Numbered from the stretch's first letter, positions 25,293-38,893 are shown. The stretch is 64,000 nt of DNA from Balanoglossus misakiensis (GCA_040954595.2 CM082587.2:2920175-2984174), one strand, 5' to 3'. Translations and numbers: made by a program. Notes: a model not told the origin generated them from the letters alone.

Positions 25293-28240
25293 ATGGCGTG
25301 TCAGGAGGTGAACGAACTTATCCTCTTCTACCATCCGATCTCCTACTACTCCAACAGGGTAAGATGGCCGTTTTTAACTGCATTTTTGACGCATTCTACT
25401 CAAGCAGGCAGAAAGGGTACTCTTGTATGCCTTCATTAGTTCAGCATAGAAAAAAACTAGGTGACATCATACACCAGCTATCGTCATTCTCTGAAGTGAA
25501 GGTCGGTGAACGGTCGCACAAGTCGATTTCATTCGTGGTATATTTCTGCTACTGCATGAAATCGACATCATCGACAGAGTTTTGGTATTGCGACAGGTTT
25601 TCAACAATGTTTATTTCTTTTGGCTAGTACTAGATGTGATCCCGACTATCCAGAACCTTGACTACTGTATCTGTGTATAGGCCTATACACACCCTGTCGG
25701 TGTTTATTGTGTATGCATTTAGGGCCTATCCTATCGAACAATCGACGCGTGGAGAGAGTGTTGTTGGCGACACCCTTTTTGACACGGGCAAGCTGACGTA
25801 CAAACCACAGATATTAGTGCACTTGTTTGTGGGCCCGAACGCCCGTCCTTTTTTGTCGACGTTTCATGAGGTCAGGTTAGCCCTTGGCTTTGCACGACAA
25901 AATTACAGAAACATCGGCTTACATACATTCACTGCCCGGCATCAAATAAAGAAACCGTGTAAATGCGACTTTAATCCATAGACAAGCGACTCCCTGAAAT
26001 CAAACGGTGAACGGCTATACCGCGTAGTATTGATTGGGCGAGAAAGACTTTGTAAATTTAAAGATGGTTGCGTTAAGAGTAACGCACTTTCAACCTCCAT
26101 AAAATTCTCGGCATTGCCGAGATAGCAAACATGACATGTCATAGTGCGATCGTAAAAACATTTGTTCATGGGCAATTCGATATTTACCATTCAAAATTTA
26201 ATACGCGAACGAAGAATAAACGCCCGCCGACCTCATTAATTTCGGGGGTGATCGGTATACCAGAGTATGGTTCATGTCCAAACTAAACGGCGTATAGGCT
26301 ACAAAGTCAGTTTTGGGGTAAAAATCGTATATAGACTGAAATTTTCTGAATCAATTAGCTGGAATTATCACCAAGGAAAAGAAACCTATAGTGAATATAT
26401 ATCATGTTTCAGAGTACTGTGTTGTGGTTACCGGCACCCAAATCTACTCGAGAGTATATTTAGTGCATTCAATCATTATTCAAGCAGTATCAAAGGTCAG
26501 AACAGCTTTGCCCATAAGAGGGCGGGGTTGTGATACTATTTTTGGTGAGAGTTGCACGATAAATGTTGTTTAATCGTGAATCAAGTATAAGCGATTTTTG
26601 TGATTTTTTTTCTCTTGGGCAATCTCCAGGTTGTTCTGGCTCTTGAAGAAAAGGGTCTGGAATACAAGAAAGTGACGGTCGGCCTCGAAGGAGGAAACCT
26701 ACAGCCTGAGCCCTGGTATCGCACAATAAACCCAAGAGGTGAAATTCCTGCCATATGTCACGGCGATCGAAATGTCTACGATTCTGACGCCATCATAGAC
26801 TACTTGGATGATCATTTTCCAGAGGGTAAGCGTTCCCGGGTAATTGCGTGCTGCCCTTATGAGCCACTAACAACGCTAAACATGGGTCGAATTTTCAAAA
26901 TTCGTCCATTTATTTAGCAAACATCCTTGTATTCACAGAGATGAGACTGCAAGCTGACCTGAACTCGTCGGAAGGGGACGAGATCCAACAATGGCGGGAA
27001 CGAATAAACGACATAGAAATTGAAATCATCACTTTCGGTTGCATCGTCTTCCGCGACATCCTTACCAAAGATGCCGCAATGCCCGCCGGGATATCTAAAT
27101 TAATGAAAGGTGGGTGTGGGGACAAAATCAACAAATCAAACAGCAATATGTCTGTAAACCAATTTATTGTGTACTGTACTCTCTCGTTTTAGCAGCTAGC
27201 TATCAGTTTCACCACAGACAAATAGTGGTTTCACTTGTGACGTCAAGCTATAGTATAGGTTATGACACATCCTTTCTGCCATATAACCTGACAAGTGCCA
27301 CGTGACTTTTCTCAAGTGACAACTGACTCCGTGCTATGCTTTGAATCATGGCAGCATTTCGAAAACGAGTGCTTTTCTGTCAATGCTGAAAATCAATCAC
27401 CCTTCAAGAGAATTGGTATCGCTGACTAAACAAGACAATATTATTTGTAATGATTCGATGTCTGTTTGACGATTTTAGGAGCGTTCTGCAATGCCACCCG
27501 CTCTCCAGCAGAGCGCGAGAACGCGACGAACGAGATGTGCATGACGCTCATGGAGAAAAACCCACAGTATTCGGAAACTCAACTGGCAAAGCTTCAGAGG
27601 TTTCAGGCGAACGACGATTTGTTGAAGGGTGACAACGGCATACACATTGTGGAGAGAGAAGTGGAAGAACTGGACATCATCTTGGACGAAATCGAAAGTC
27701 AACTTCGGGAAACTAGGACAGCTTTTCCGGGTAAGGTTCGAGTTTGTGTTTGTCACCTGAAATTGTCAGTGATAACACCAGAGGTTCGCTAGTCAAAGTC
27801 CTTTGGACGTGTTTGATAATGTGGCAAGGCCGACGTTGTAATCCCAATGCAATGTAATGTAATGTAGTAAATTCATGTAATGGAATGTGTACTGTTGTAT
27901 TTCAGACGGTGATCACTGGCTGCTTAACCAAAGCTTTACATCAGCTGACATCTACCTGGCTGTTCTTCTCGACCGCTTACAGTATCTCGGACTAGCTCAC
28001 CACTACCAGGACCACATGCCGATGATGACGTCATACCTGAAGAGACTGAACCAACGGAAGAGCTTCCATGTTGTCTCGGCTCACACCTCGCGTTTTTCAG
28101 GCAGACGATCCCTCGCCTCAATGGTGGACAGCTTTCTGAAAATAGGACTGACTCTGGTGGTGGGGCTTGGGGCTTTCGCTGCCATCGCGTGGGTGTATTA
28201 TACGGACTATTTCACAAAGGAAGAAGAAGGCGCAGGGTGA
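25293..28240 (+). CDS. GDAP1: GDAP1-like GST-fold tail-anchored protein, 5 exons
   Basis: Exons 25293-25358 (MACQEVNELILFYHPISYYSNR), 26630-26825 (LALEEKGL..EPWYRTINPRGEIPAICHG..IIDYLD), 26939-27109, 27479-27730 and 27906-28240 (WLLNQSFTSADIYLAVLLDRLQYLG..RKSF + C-terminal TM). All splice in frame with the GDAP1 motif order. Confidence 0.88.
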
Positions 28241-28537
28241 TTCTCGTGTCTGTGAGCGATACTCGCAATTCCAGTCTTGCCAATATACGCTCCCTATCTG
28301 GGCATCTATATTTACACTGCACGTTTTAAAGGCACTATTGCCGTGAACTTGCGATATACGTGGACAAGAGAGTAAATAATAACATTTATTTCCTTACTGC
28401 CAAATGATATGCATCTAAAAAACCGCGTCTCAATACAAAGGTCGAACGTTATTAACACCTGTCTAATTGTCAAAAAGTACGTGTGTAGGAACTACTAGTA
28501 CGAAGTTCATGGGATTGGCTACAAAAAAACGGATATA

Positions 28538-28741
28538 TCAACTCAAAGACATTTCACTTTTTTTAAAGTATTTTATTTCACAATACACCATTCTATGTAA
28601 AACCGTTCCAATCAGTAATGTGTTGTCATGGTAACTTGCCACGGTGGAACCACTGGCCAGAGTGCCGTCATCGACGAAAATTTCTCCGATGTCAGTACCA
28701 GCGTAGGGGGCGCTCTTGGGCTCCAGCTGGACGCGTAACAC
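28538..28741 (-). other. Isolated paraoxonase (PON) terminal exon with intact acceptor; alternative last exon or relic
   Basis: Acceptor tcttctcccgcatcacag|GTG gives VLRVQL..EIFVDDGTLASGSTVASYHDNTLLIGTVLHRMVYCEIKYF.. with the same phase-0 boundary as exon 9 of the three PON genes. AATAAA lies on the minus strand at ~28385-28390. No PON exons 1-8 were seen nearby. Confidence 0.75.
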
Positions 28742-28782
28742 CTGTGATGCGGGAGAAGACACATTTCAACACTTGTTTGTAT

Positions 28783-28800
28783 GTGTGTGTGTGTGTGTGT
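28783..28800. repeat. (GT)n microsatellite
   Basis: About 9 gt units. Confidence 0.85.
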
Positions 28801-29251
28801 TAAATTTGATTGATAACCACTTAGTTGGTAATGAAGAAAGGTGCAACCGTGTGAATGAGAGAATGGCAAATCCGGTATCTCGGATAAACCAGTGTTATAC
28901 AAAAGCTGGTGTAGCATGGCCCAGGGGTGTTGTATGAATGTGCTGCGCAGTGCAAGAAAGAAATAAGACAACGGCCACGACTTGGCGGGCTTGTATGCAG
29001 AGATAGACTTATCAGGTTGCGTGGCCACTTCAATAAGCTTCACGTCAGTGCATGGGACGGACATATATTGTCACCTTTGCTTGTTGTAGACCCCCACAAC
29101 TATACACTCGAGTGCAAATGGCTTTTCATTCGCGTCACCCACGCAGAGAATAGAGTAGTCGTTCCCTTTGTGCGAATCACATTGTTGGGTTTAAAAGAAC
29201 ACAGCAACTGATCAACCGCTCCCCATTTCAACGCAACACAGCTGACTTGTG

Positions 29252-32200
29252 ATGGACAGAGAAGGGTCTGATGGAAAGGTAAGCTATGTATATGTATATG
29301 TAATTTCCAAGCGAATTGATCTTCAATTATTGTAACAATTCTTAGCGAAACGAAGAATTTATTCTAAAATTTCCAAGCAGGCACACTCATCACCAACGGT
29401 TCGGCTTAGTGCGCACAAGAACTCGTGTAGGGCCTATCTTCACATAATCAGTCAATCGATCATACGAACGTGATATGACGACTTTTCCTATAAATGCTTC
29501 TACCGCATATAACTTGAAAATGAGAGGTTGCTATATCGTAAGTCTATGGAACATTCGATCAAGAAACCCGATAATAAGTGGAATCGAAGTTCATGATTCG
29601 GTTGTGCTCTGTTAATAACCTTAAAATTGTCAGTATGAGGTAAGAAACACGAACGAAGTCACGGGATAGGCAGATTATAGAATCAAATTAAAGACCCATT
29701 TTTCTTCTTCATGGCTCCTTTCTGGTCTTCTTTGTACCGCACGAATAAAGCAAACAAACAAACAACTAAGCTAGTGCAATGTCAGCAACCCGAAAGACCT
29801 TCCCCGAGAAAGTTCAAACCCCCTGATTCAGGTAACACAATGCACGGGAGCTGTAATTGTTTACTTTCATTTTGCTCTGTGGTGCGTCAGCACGTTTACA
29901 GTCGACGCGTGAACGACAAAACGAATGCATTCAGTACCGCGATTATCGTAATCGTATTATAAATTGTGAGAAAATCGACACAGGTATAGAACAACGACTG
30001 AGGGTTTTATGTAAAGATTTATATGGGCCTTGTCGTAGTGTTAGCAGGTGTTAGTTAACGATACAGATGATTTGTAAAGTAAAAAAGTGAATTTGAAAGT
30101 GTACAAAGTGTCGTCAGCAATATATTACGGGACCCCGTGAAAGGATTATAATTAAAACAGAACGGTCTTTTAAAGAATAGCATTGACAAGTTATTTCCTG
30201 TCGTCTTAATATTATGACATCTATGAAGCCTTTAAGCAAAATCAATATTCAATGCGTTTTGTCCGATGAAAGTGATATGAGAGCATAATACTGACAATAC
30301 TGATCCAAGGTGAAATTTACGACGTTTGGCAGTTTGAAGTACATGGCATCCGGTGAATTATCTATTGTTGGAGGAAAGAGATGCGCAGAATAAAAAAAAA
30401 CCGCTGAAAAATAGGCTAAGCCCAAAGTAACAGGTAATGGACATGTATATACTGCCAACATATTGTTCAGGTGCTTTTTGATTGAAATTGTTGCCTACAA
30501 CTGAAGTTCGTTTGATCGCGTCGAATGAATAAGAATCAAGCATGGATTCTCGTGGCATTTGTGCACATACAGCGCAGACCGGAAGCTTTGTCCTCCAAGC
30601 ACAATGCATTATTTGTGGAATCGGCCTGTGTGTACAGAGGCTACGTGAAAAGTTGCATACTCAGCTTATTGCGTGTCATGTTACGACGTGCTTTATTTCT
30701 CTAACCATTATGTGCAAGAATAGGTGTCTTACCTATAGGTATATAGAACATATTAAATGTTTATACTCATGGGGATATTGATTCAAACGACCACACCTAT
30801 GTGAAGAGACCAATGTTAAACCAATGGATTGTTTATTCAATTTTATACATTTATCTTTTATTTGAAAGTTTCTATGAACATTTTTGCTTATTCGAAAATG
30901 GCCATTTAACCATTTACTCTGAAGTCAATTATGGTTTCGTGTCTACGTTAACGCCAAATAAAGTAAACATATCCACAATGAATGTTTGCCAAATGAATGA
31001 ATTTGACATGTGTGTACCATTTCGTCGCATATTCTTTTTTTTTTTCATTTCAGCAACAGTCCGGTGAGTCCTTCGCTCGCCATGCCTCGTACAGGTCGTC
31101 ATGGCTGTACGACAACATCGGGTAAGATGCAAGTTTTGCTCTTCCATCTGTGTAATCATTTCATCCGTGATATCGTTTCCACTTCTCTGTTAACATGCAT
31201 TGGGCGCATATGGTAATCCATGCTTTTGGTTTTCTTAAAGATATTCAAATCATTCCAACTCCTTCCCTGGGAACCTCAATGATGGCCCCGAGAAGAAGTC
31301 GGTTAACCGGAAGGAAAGCGTATGTAGTGAGGACAAGAGAAAACAGAAAAGTGTCAAAGACATTAGTCGCGAGTTTGCTCTGAGAACTACATCTCATGGG
31401 GTTGGCAGAATCGCCGAGGCTGGCAGTGGTTGTGCGCAGACGCTGTGGGCAGCTGTAGTGCTGATCGCGTTGTTTGCGTTCACCGGACAACTGGTGACGT
31501 TGATCATACGATACCTGGACTACCCGGTCAGTATTAACATCGGCGTGGTGTCCAACAGCTCTCTGGTGTTTCCGGCCGTGACCATTTGCAACAACAACAA
31601 AGTCCGCAAGTCGGCCATATTGGATAGCACGTACGACGAGCTGTTGTCCATCGATGACGCTGGATCTCGGGATGGCTATTTGACTTACTTAGGTAAGGGG
31701 GTAACTATTTGATTTCTGTGGGGTTGTTGTGAAGGAAATGTGGGGTTGGAAACATGCAACAAAATACCACATATCTTTCTCCCACATTATTGCACTCATG
31801 GCTTTCATTTTTCAGGTCCTTGCATACCTGGTGACGTGGCGTGTGACGTCAATGAAACACAGTGTGTCAAATCGTACATGAAATGCAACGGCATCAACGA
31901 TTGCCCAAATGGTGGTGATGAACAGGACTGTTTCTATGGTAAGAAATGATGTATACTTATGCCGCTTTAAGCCCTTGTCGTTCAATCACACTTTCCTTCG
32001 AATTGATATCATATGTCGCCATGGTTAAAACGCTTCACGCCCCCCCCCCCCCACGTCAACAAAATAGTTCGCGGGAATCTCCTCATCACCATCTGTTTAC
32101 TGTTTTCCTTCACAGGCGAATGCTTTGAAGGCGAATTTCGATGCCCCAGTGGAAAATGCATTCCAGAAAAAGTGTTGTGTGACTACAGAAACGATTGCGG

Positions 32201-35200
32201 AGACAACGCGGATGAAGACGATTGTGACTTCCGTAAGTAGTCACTGAGTAGGCCATTTTCATGACCCCTACACGACCTTATATCCTCGTACTTCTGTTGT
32301 TATGAATCGATCAGTTTACAAACATAACTCTATAATTGCAGCTGTAGTCAATGTACTGAATTACCAAGGTGTCACTTTTTTAAGCAATACTTTAAGGTAG
32401 ATGAGTATTCGTATGAGAATTGCCACTGTACAGTTGCTGTTTTTGTGTCGTTTCCATAGCGTCGTGTAATGATGACGAATTCGCCTGCAGTAACTATCAG
32501 TGCATTTCAAAGTCTGTAGTTTGTAACGGAAAGGCGAATTGTTACGACGGGAGCGATGAAATCATCGGGGCGTTGTGTCTATACCCTACAAGTAAGTACT
32601 TTGTTTATACATGTATTGGGCTTTTTATTGAATCTGATGATGACATGATACTCGCTACTATAATTGTCTTGTTTCTCCCTCCCCATCATGAAAGACCATG
32701 TCAGAACTCAACGAAATTACGCGTCCAAGAGAAACATTCAACACTACCGATAGATTATCCTCAAGAACTTACAATACTTTTTCGACATCTACTCTAACCC
32801 TTACGTGTAAAGGTGATTATATCTAGACTTGTATTAATCTTTCCCTCGTTTGTTAACAGGCGTTTGTCCGCGGGACTACTTTCGGTGCCGGAATGGCGAA
32901 TGCGTACACTACACAAGAAGGTGTAACGCCATTCCCGACTGCTCAGATACATCCGACGAAGATGGCTGTACCAACAGTAAGAATTTATAATATTTATGTT
33001 TCATAAATGGGCCATTTTCTTATATACACACAATGTCGCCTCATTGTAACCATGTCGAAACCTACTCATACAAGTGATTGTTCATCTCGAACAGTTTGCG
33101 GGGACATGTTTAGTTGTATCCTCGTACGATTGCCAGATTGAAACATACGTGTTTCTTGGCCAAATGTTATCAAATGATTCTTGTTAATCCAATATTTTCT
33201 TATTTTTGCTTAAATTAAGATGAATGTCCCGACAACTTCTTTCGATGCACATATTTTGGGGATTGTATCGTCGGTGCCGCGGTTTGCGACGGAAAAGCTC
33301 AATGCAAGGACACGACAGACGAGTTTGGTTGCCCGCCTGGACCCCTGTTGCGTAAGTCAAAACTGTAGTTGGAGTGAATTTTAATTAAATAGCGTGTGTT
33401 ATGCTTAACGAAAAGGAAGTTTACAATAATGCTATTTTTGAAAATGGATGAAAATGTGCTGCTTTTGTTAATTAAAGTATCTATTGCCACTTTCGTAAGA
33501 CACACTGATAAAACGAGATCGCAAGTTGGCGACACTATTCAATTCAAACACCTATGTGTCGTTCACTTGTATATCTGTATGCTGTAGCTGACATAATTGT
33601 TCTGCTTGGTTTTTGTGTCATCTGACCTTACTACTCACTTTCTTTTGTATTTCGCATGTCTTGTCAGCAAATGGGTGTTCTTCAGAGAGTCAATTGCCCT
33701 GCGGTGACGGAAGGTGCATAGATGCCACAAATCGGTGTGATGGCAACGCAAACTGTGTTGACAGTAGCGATGAAATCGGATGCAATGCAAGTAAGCCAAA
33801 CACCATCTCTCTCTCCATTGTTGGCAGAATGTACGTCAGGCGTGCGTCTCAAATACATAGAGCTTTTTCGCTTTGTGATTGGTTACCAAATGGTTATTAC
33901 AGAATCAGAATTCGGGTCGAAGTGGATAAACCACTCTCAATAGAGCTAGTGTTTGCGATGAATACATCATGTACAGTCTAATAACGGTCATTCATAATAC
34001 ACAGCTCTAGGTGAAGGCTATAGTCATGCTCCGTCGAGTTAATATTCGGTTAACGATATGATTTTCTCTCTATTTAGCCACGTTTTGTCCTCCCGGATAT
34101 TTCACTTGTGACACTGGTGGGTGCATTCTGGAGACCAAAGTCTGTAACGGACGAGACGACTGCTTGTCATCGGCTTATCCTTTTGACAGAAGCGACGAAG
34201 CTAACTGTGAAGATTGTAAGTATGTTTCATTTGGAGAACCGATGTACAGAGTTTAGATATGATGACAGCAACAGAGCACATCTGCGAAGTTATAGTTGAA
34301 TTGTAAATTCTAGTGGTATCAAAACTTAAATATTATTCATTATTTTTCTTTAGTCACGTGTTTGGAAGACCAATTTCAGTGCGACAGTGGTATTTGTATT
34401 TCCTGGGTGGACAGGTGCAATCATTTGGCTAATTGCTTCGACAACAGTGACGAAGTGGGTTGCGATAATAGTGAGTAACATTTAAGAAGTCATTCTCTAG
34501 ATATAAAGATGTGCACGATTTATTGTATTGACACGATGTGCTGTTTTTTTCATCGCGTACAACGAATCTCTATTATTTTTCTTAGATGTTTGTGGTGAAG
34601 GCTATTTTCGATGTGACGGCGGCAGATGTATTGAGATGGTTTCGCGTTGTGATGGCTTAGCACAATGTGGCAGCGACGAAGATGACTGTGACGCAAGTAT
34701 GTATGGGAGTGTATGCATTTGTGTGAGTTATATCGAAGTATAGATATAAGTACTCTTTGTTTAATTTAAAATTATGAAGGCCTAGCATAATGTATGTGTT
34801 AACGTTTTCAGATATATGCCCAACATCGTTTTTCACGTGCAATGATGGACAGTGTATACCATTGGACAGACGATGCGACTTTGGAGTGGACTGCAATGAC
34901 CAGAGTGATGAGGTCAATTGCACATCAAGTGAGTACAACAAGAATTAAAAATTGATCAAGTTTAGTTGTCTTAATATCCAGTAATGTGAGCTGAACATCA
35001 TTTGCATGAATATCTACTTATAGTTTAAAAACAACATGCCAGCGACGACTAAAATAATCTGGTCATTTGAACAGGTCAATGTCCAGAGGACTACTTTCGC
35101 TGCCGCAGTGGACAATGTGTGGAGGCGTCTTTGCGTTGCAACAACCAAGTCGACTGTGTTGACGGCTACGATGAATTTAACTGCACAGGTAATTTGAGCT

Positions 35201-38200
35201 GGCATGCATACAATTCAAGTTTGAGTAAAGGAACCTTGGTCAAATAGCCATCCACAGCAATTGGTTTATGTTTTACATTTTTTAATAATAAAAAGTGTTT
35301 TGGTGTTGAATTGTGTTGTCTGATAGAGTATATTACACTTAAACAGGCGAAGAACCCCCACGTACGATCTGTCGGGAGGACGAATTCAAATGCGTTTCCA
35401 TAGAAACATGTGTGAATTCATCATTGGTATGCAATGGCGTCGACGATTGTGGTGACAACAGTGACGAAAGCGAATGCATTGATGTTACCGGTATGTTATA
35501 TTTCAAATAAATGATTTCTCTGTTTATCGTACGGTGTTCCTTTTACGTTGACAACGTGTTAACAAAGATTCGGTCATAGTCTTGTTCTTGTCCGAATGCA
35601 ACTGCCCTGATTCGCGGTCAGGCGTTAATGTGAGAAGTGAAATAATGGAGCTTCTTATATAATCGCTTCATGTTGTATTAAAGTATCGTGGTATGCAAAT
35701 TTGTATCATCAGTCAAACTCACCCAGTCAGCTTCCCAGTGTTGTAACAACAGGTGTCAGTTTCTATAACATGCAAATACATGCACACTTGTCAATCGGTA
35801 TATTCAAACACTCCCTTGACTTCACTGACAGTGAATGGGCGATTACAAATGACAAAAAAATATTTGCATAAGTCGGAGACGTCACTTATCCCTGTCTTGT
35901 ATTTGGGAGAAAATGGTGACCTGTCTGCCTGGCTTGAGAAGAAAATGTAATTCTTGTAAATTTCTATCCCAGTCTGTACATCGAGTGAATTTAGGTGTGA
36001 AGGAAAAGGACGACGTCAAGCTTTCTGTATACCTCGTCTATGGCTGTGTGATCGGATAAACCAGTGTGGAGATGGCACCGACGAAAGTAACTGTACATAT
36101 GGTGAGTCTTCGCAGAAAAAGTATAGCGGCAATAATGTGCCATGGACAAGGTTACTGTCATGGGCAGCAGAGATGAATTAATTAATGATGTTTGGCTAGC
36201 AAAGAGAAAGCAAAGGCATCGTTTACAGATCTGTACAACCAAGACATTGCATAAATCGAGAGATTTCTTCAGTCTGTGACGTTCAAATTCCTAACGGGTG
36301 CAGCGTTTCAATCTTTTCCAGATGTTGAAGACGTCTTCTCCGACTCGAAATGGAAGACGTTTTATTCCGATATCACCGAAGACGAAGGAATATTCGACGA
36401 GTTTGTGAGGGACGTGTACGTGAACAGGAACTTCGACTTTGTTAGGAGCGAGAATCCGCCATCTTGGAACCAGTTCATTCTGGCGAGTAACACCCCAGAT
36501 TTCACCGACCTGCAAGATGTTCTCAAGTTGACCCCGGATGAGCTGGCAGAGCTCGGCCATCAGTCGGAGGATCTCATATTGCAGTGCACCTACGATCAAA
36601 AGAAGTGTAATTACAGGTATTGTTTTTTTTTGGTTTTTTTTGTCGTACTTTGTACTTGCCCCTCCTCATCCAGCGGTGTTGCCATCTAAAATTTTCCAAT
36701 GTTTGGTGCTTTTTGCAGTGAATTTTACATGATTCAACATGACAAGTACGGCAACTGTTTTACGTTCAACCATGGTATGAATAACGACACTATCAAGAAA
36801 GCCAGAAAAGCCGGCGCGGACTATGGTATGTGCTATACCCTAAATAGGTTTTTACTTTTTGCTGGGGGTCAGGTCACATCATAATACTTGCATTGTGGGT
36901 GAAAAGGTCGACAACTCACTGCAGTAAGAGGTTGACGTTCTTTTGGGTGAGCTTTTCTTAGAATGGCAGTTAATCCTTTCCGTTTCTTCATTTTAGGCTT
37001 AAAGCTGACGTTGTTCACGGAGCAGAATGAATACATAGGTTTATTTGGGCAACAGTCCGGTGTGCGCGTTGTGGTCCACCACCCGACGGCGAAACCATTC
37101 CCTGAAGACGAAGGGGTGTACGTCAAACCAGGCGCTGTCACGGCCATGTCACTCAAAATGGTAAACAACGACTTGCTGATTGTAGATTAATCAATGTGGT
37201 TTTGGTCGTCTTTGTTAGTTGCAGTCAGAATTACTATCATGATAAGACGTGTTGCCTGAACTTTGTGACATCTGAATCAGATGTTTCTATGTCTTTCGAT
37301 CTAGAACAAACGGACAAGAATGGGACCTCCCCACGGACTCTGCGCGGATGACCTGATGATGGACAAGGAAGTAACCGAGTATGAGTATACTGCACTGGTA
37401 AGATCCTCAAAAATCCCCCAAAGTTGATCCGTTGGTTGATCCAGTTGCCATGTACTTTCATGTGGGTTTTCATAATACCATGAATAGTTAATCATGCTAA
37501 GCTTATATATTTATGAATTATTTCTACAGGCCTGTCAGAAATCGTGTCTGCAGAAATACCTTTTTCAGAAATGCGGTTGTGTTGAAACGTTAACAGACAA
37601 CAAGCCCAGATGTAGTGTCCTAAACAAGACCCAAGGTAAACATATTTTATATCTTAAATTTATTTATTTTATCTCAGTTATTTTTATTTATTTTATCTCA
37701 AGGTTTGCTCATGCGTCTACACAGGCTGAATAAATGTTCTTTATTGTTTACACACAGACGCATGCAAGCAGTTAATGTATTACTTTTACCAAGCTAGCCT
37801 CCTGACGTGCGACTGCCAACAGCCATGCAGGTGATGTACCTAAATCTATAGTGTGGCCAAATACTATCAACGCTAGTTTTTCATGTTGGCAAGAAACTAT
37901 AACGTTATATAACGCATTTATTTGTATTTTAATTCGTGATTTATATTGTTCGCAGGGAGGTATCGTTCTCGAAGACTATCTCACAAGCGTTGTGGCCATC
38001 CACTCCTTTTCTGGTGAGTTCATTAAATTGTCAGCATCATCATTTTCATTTCAATCATCATCGGTTTTATTGTAGTTGTTACATACCATGTGCTTTTCGT
38101 TTCAGCCTCATCTACTGAACAGTATTCATGCTACAAATAGGAAGACCTGGGTAATTCGAGATAAAGAATCTGCGAGGTGGGTAAACGCAAAATAATGAAA

Positions 38201-38676
38201 AGTTCTAATGCAGACGGAGCTGTAACAAATGGTGGTATCCTGTACGAGATTATTGGCCCTTTAAGTTTTTTTAGATTGTATACTGTGTTGTGTATTACAG
38301 GGAAGATCTGGTTCGTCTTGAGGTGTACTTTGAAGATTTGAATTATAACCTAGTAAGTGAAGAAGAGGCATATTCGGTAAGTGTACGCAACATCTTTCAA
38401 GATCAATTTTAGTGTTATTTCTTTACAAGTTTTACGTTAGTTTATATTTAAAAATGTTCGTTTCAGATTTTTCAGTTGCTGGCCGATACGGGTGGTTCGC
38501 TTGGACTTTGGGTCGGGTTGTCCCTCATCACCGTCATTGAATTTCTGGAGTTCATGGTGATGTTGTGCCATGCAGCGAGACAGAACAAACGAACAAAGCG
38601 AGAGGCAGCCGCATCTGATTCTACGGCGATGCAAGGCATCGGTGTACAAACGGGAAACGGCCTCGCACGCAGCTAA
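29252..38676 (+). CDS. DEG/ENaC/ASIC-superfamily channel subunit with 13 LDL-receptor class A repeats in the extracellular domain
   Basis: Tentative first exon 29252-29278 (MDREGSDGK), then 31054-31121 and 31241-31692 (TTSHG motif, TM1, [10 protein letters not shown]). Thirteen LDLa exons span 31816-36101. Then ~36304-36617 (ELGHQ..LQCTY), 36719-36825 (YGNCFTFN), GLKLTL..GVRVVVH..PFP, thumb exons [23 protein letters not shown], and last exon 38467-38676 with TM2 [25 protein letters not shown]. The start exon is uncertain; the core from 31241 on is secure. Confidence 0.92.
31816..36101 (+). repeat. Array of 13 LDLa modules, one per phase-1/phase-1 exon
   Basis: Exons start near 31816, 32116, 32460, 32860, 33220, 33668, 34078, 34354, 34586, 34812, 35075, 35347 and 35973. 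Each has six Cys and a C-terminal acidic DE motif, e.g. [35 protein letters not shown]. Confidence 0.92.
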
Positions 38677-38839
38677 AAATCACAAAGTGCGTGACCCCCA
38701 CTTTTGGGGTCAACGAGCCAGTTAGTTACCACGGTGAAATAATCATGGCGGGATAGCCACAGTAAAGAGTGTTTTTATCCAAATGTAGCTTTGAATTCTT
38801 ACCTATCTAAATGTTACTGGACAGAGTTTGTATTCTCAT

Positions 38840-38893
38840 TTAAAATGCCTCCAGTTCGCAGTATGCTAGCTTGTCCAACACAGTTCCAACTAA
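38840..38893 (-). pseudogene. Remnant C-terminal fragment of a lost PON paralog
   Basis: LVGTVLDKLAYCELEAF* lies ~75 nt downstream of the PON-C stop; the rest of that exon is absent. Confidence 0.7.

Noticed and set aside
25380-26495. Possible alternative GDAP1 first exons (IIHQLSSFSEVK near 25480; LVHSIIIQAVSK near 26460)
   Set aside because: Only vague resemblance and weak donors. Exon 25293-25358 has an ATG, the LFYH..SYYS motif and a consensus GTAAG donor.
28800-31050. Missing PON exons 1-8 adjacent to the orphan exon
   Set aside because: No GSED, PHG, VND or GDLWxGCH motifs found on the minus strand by eye; a tBLASTn would settle it.
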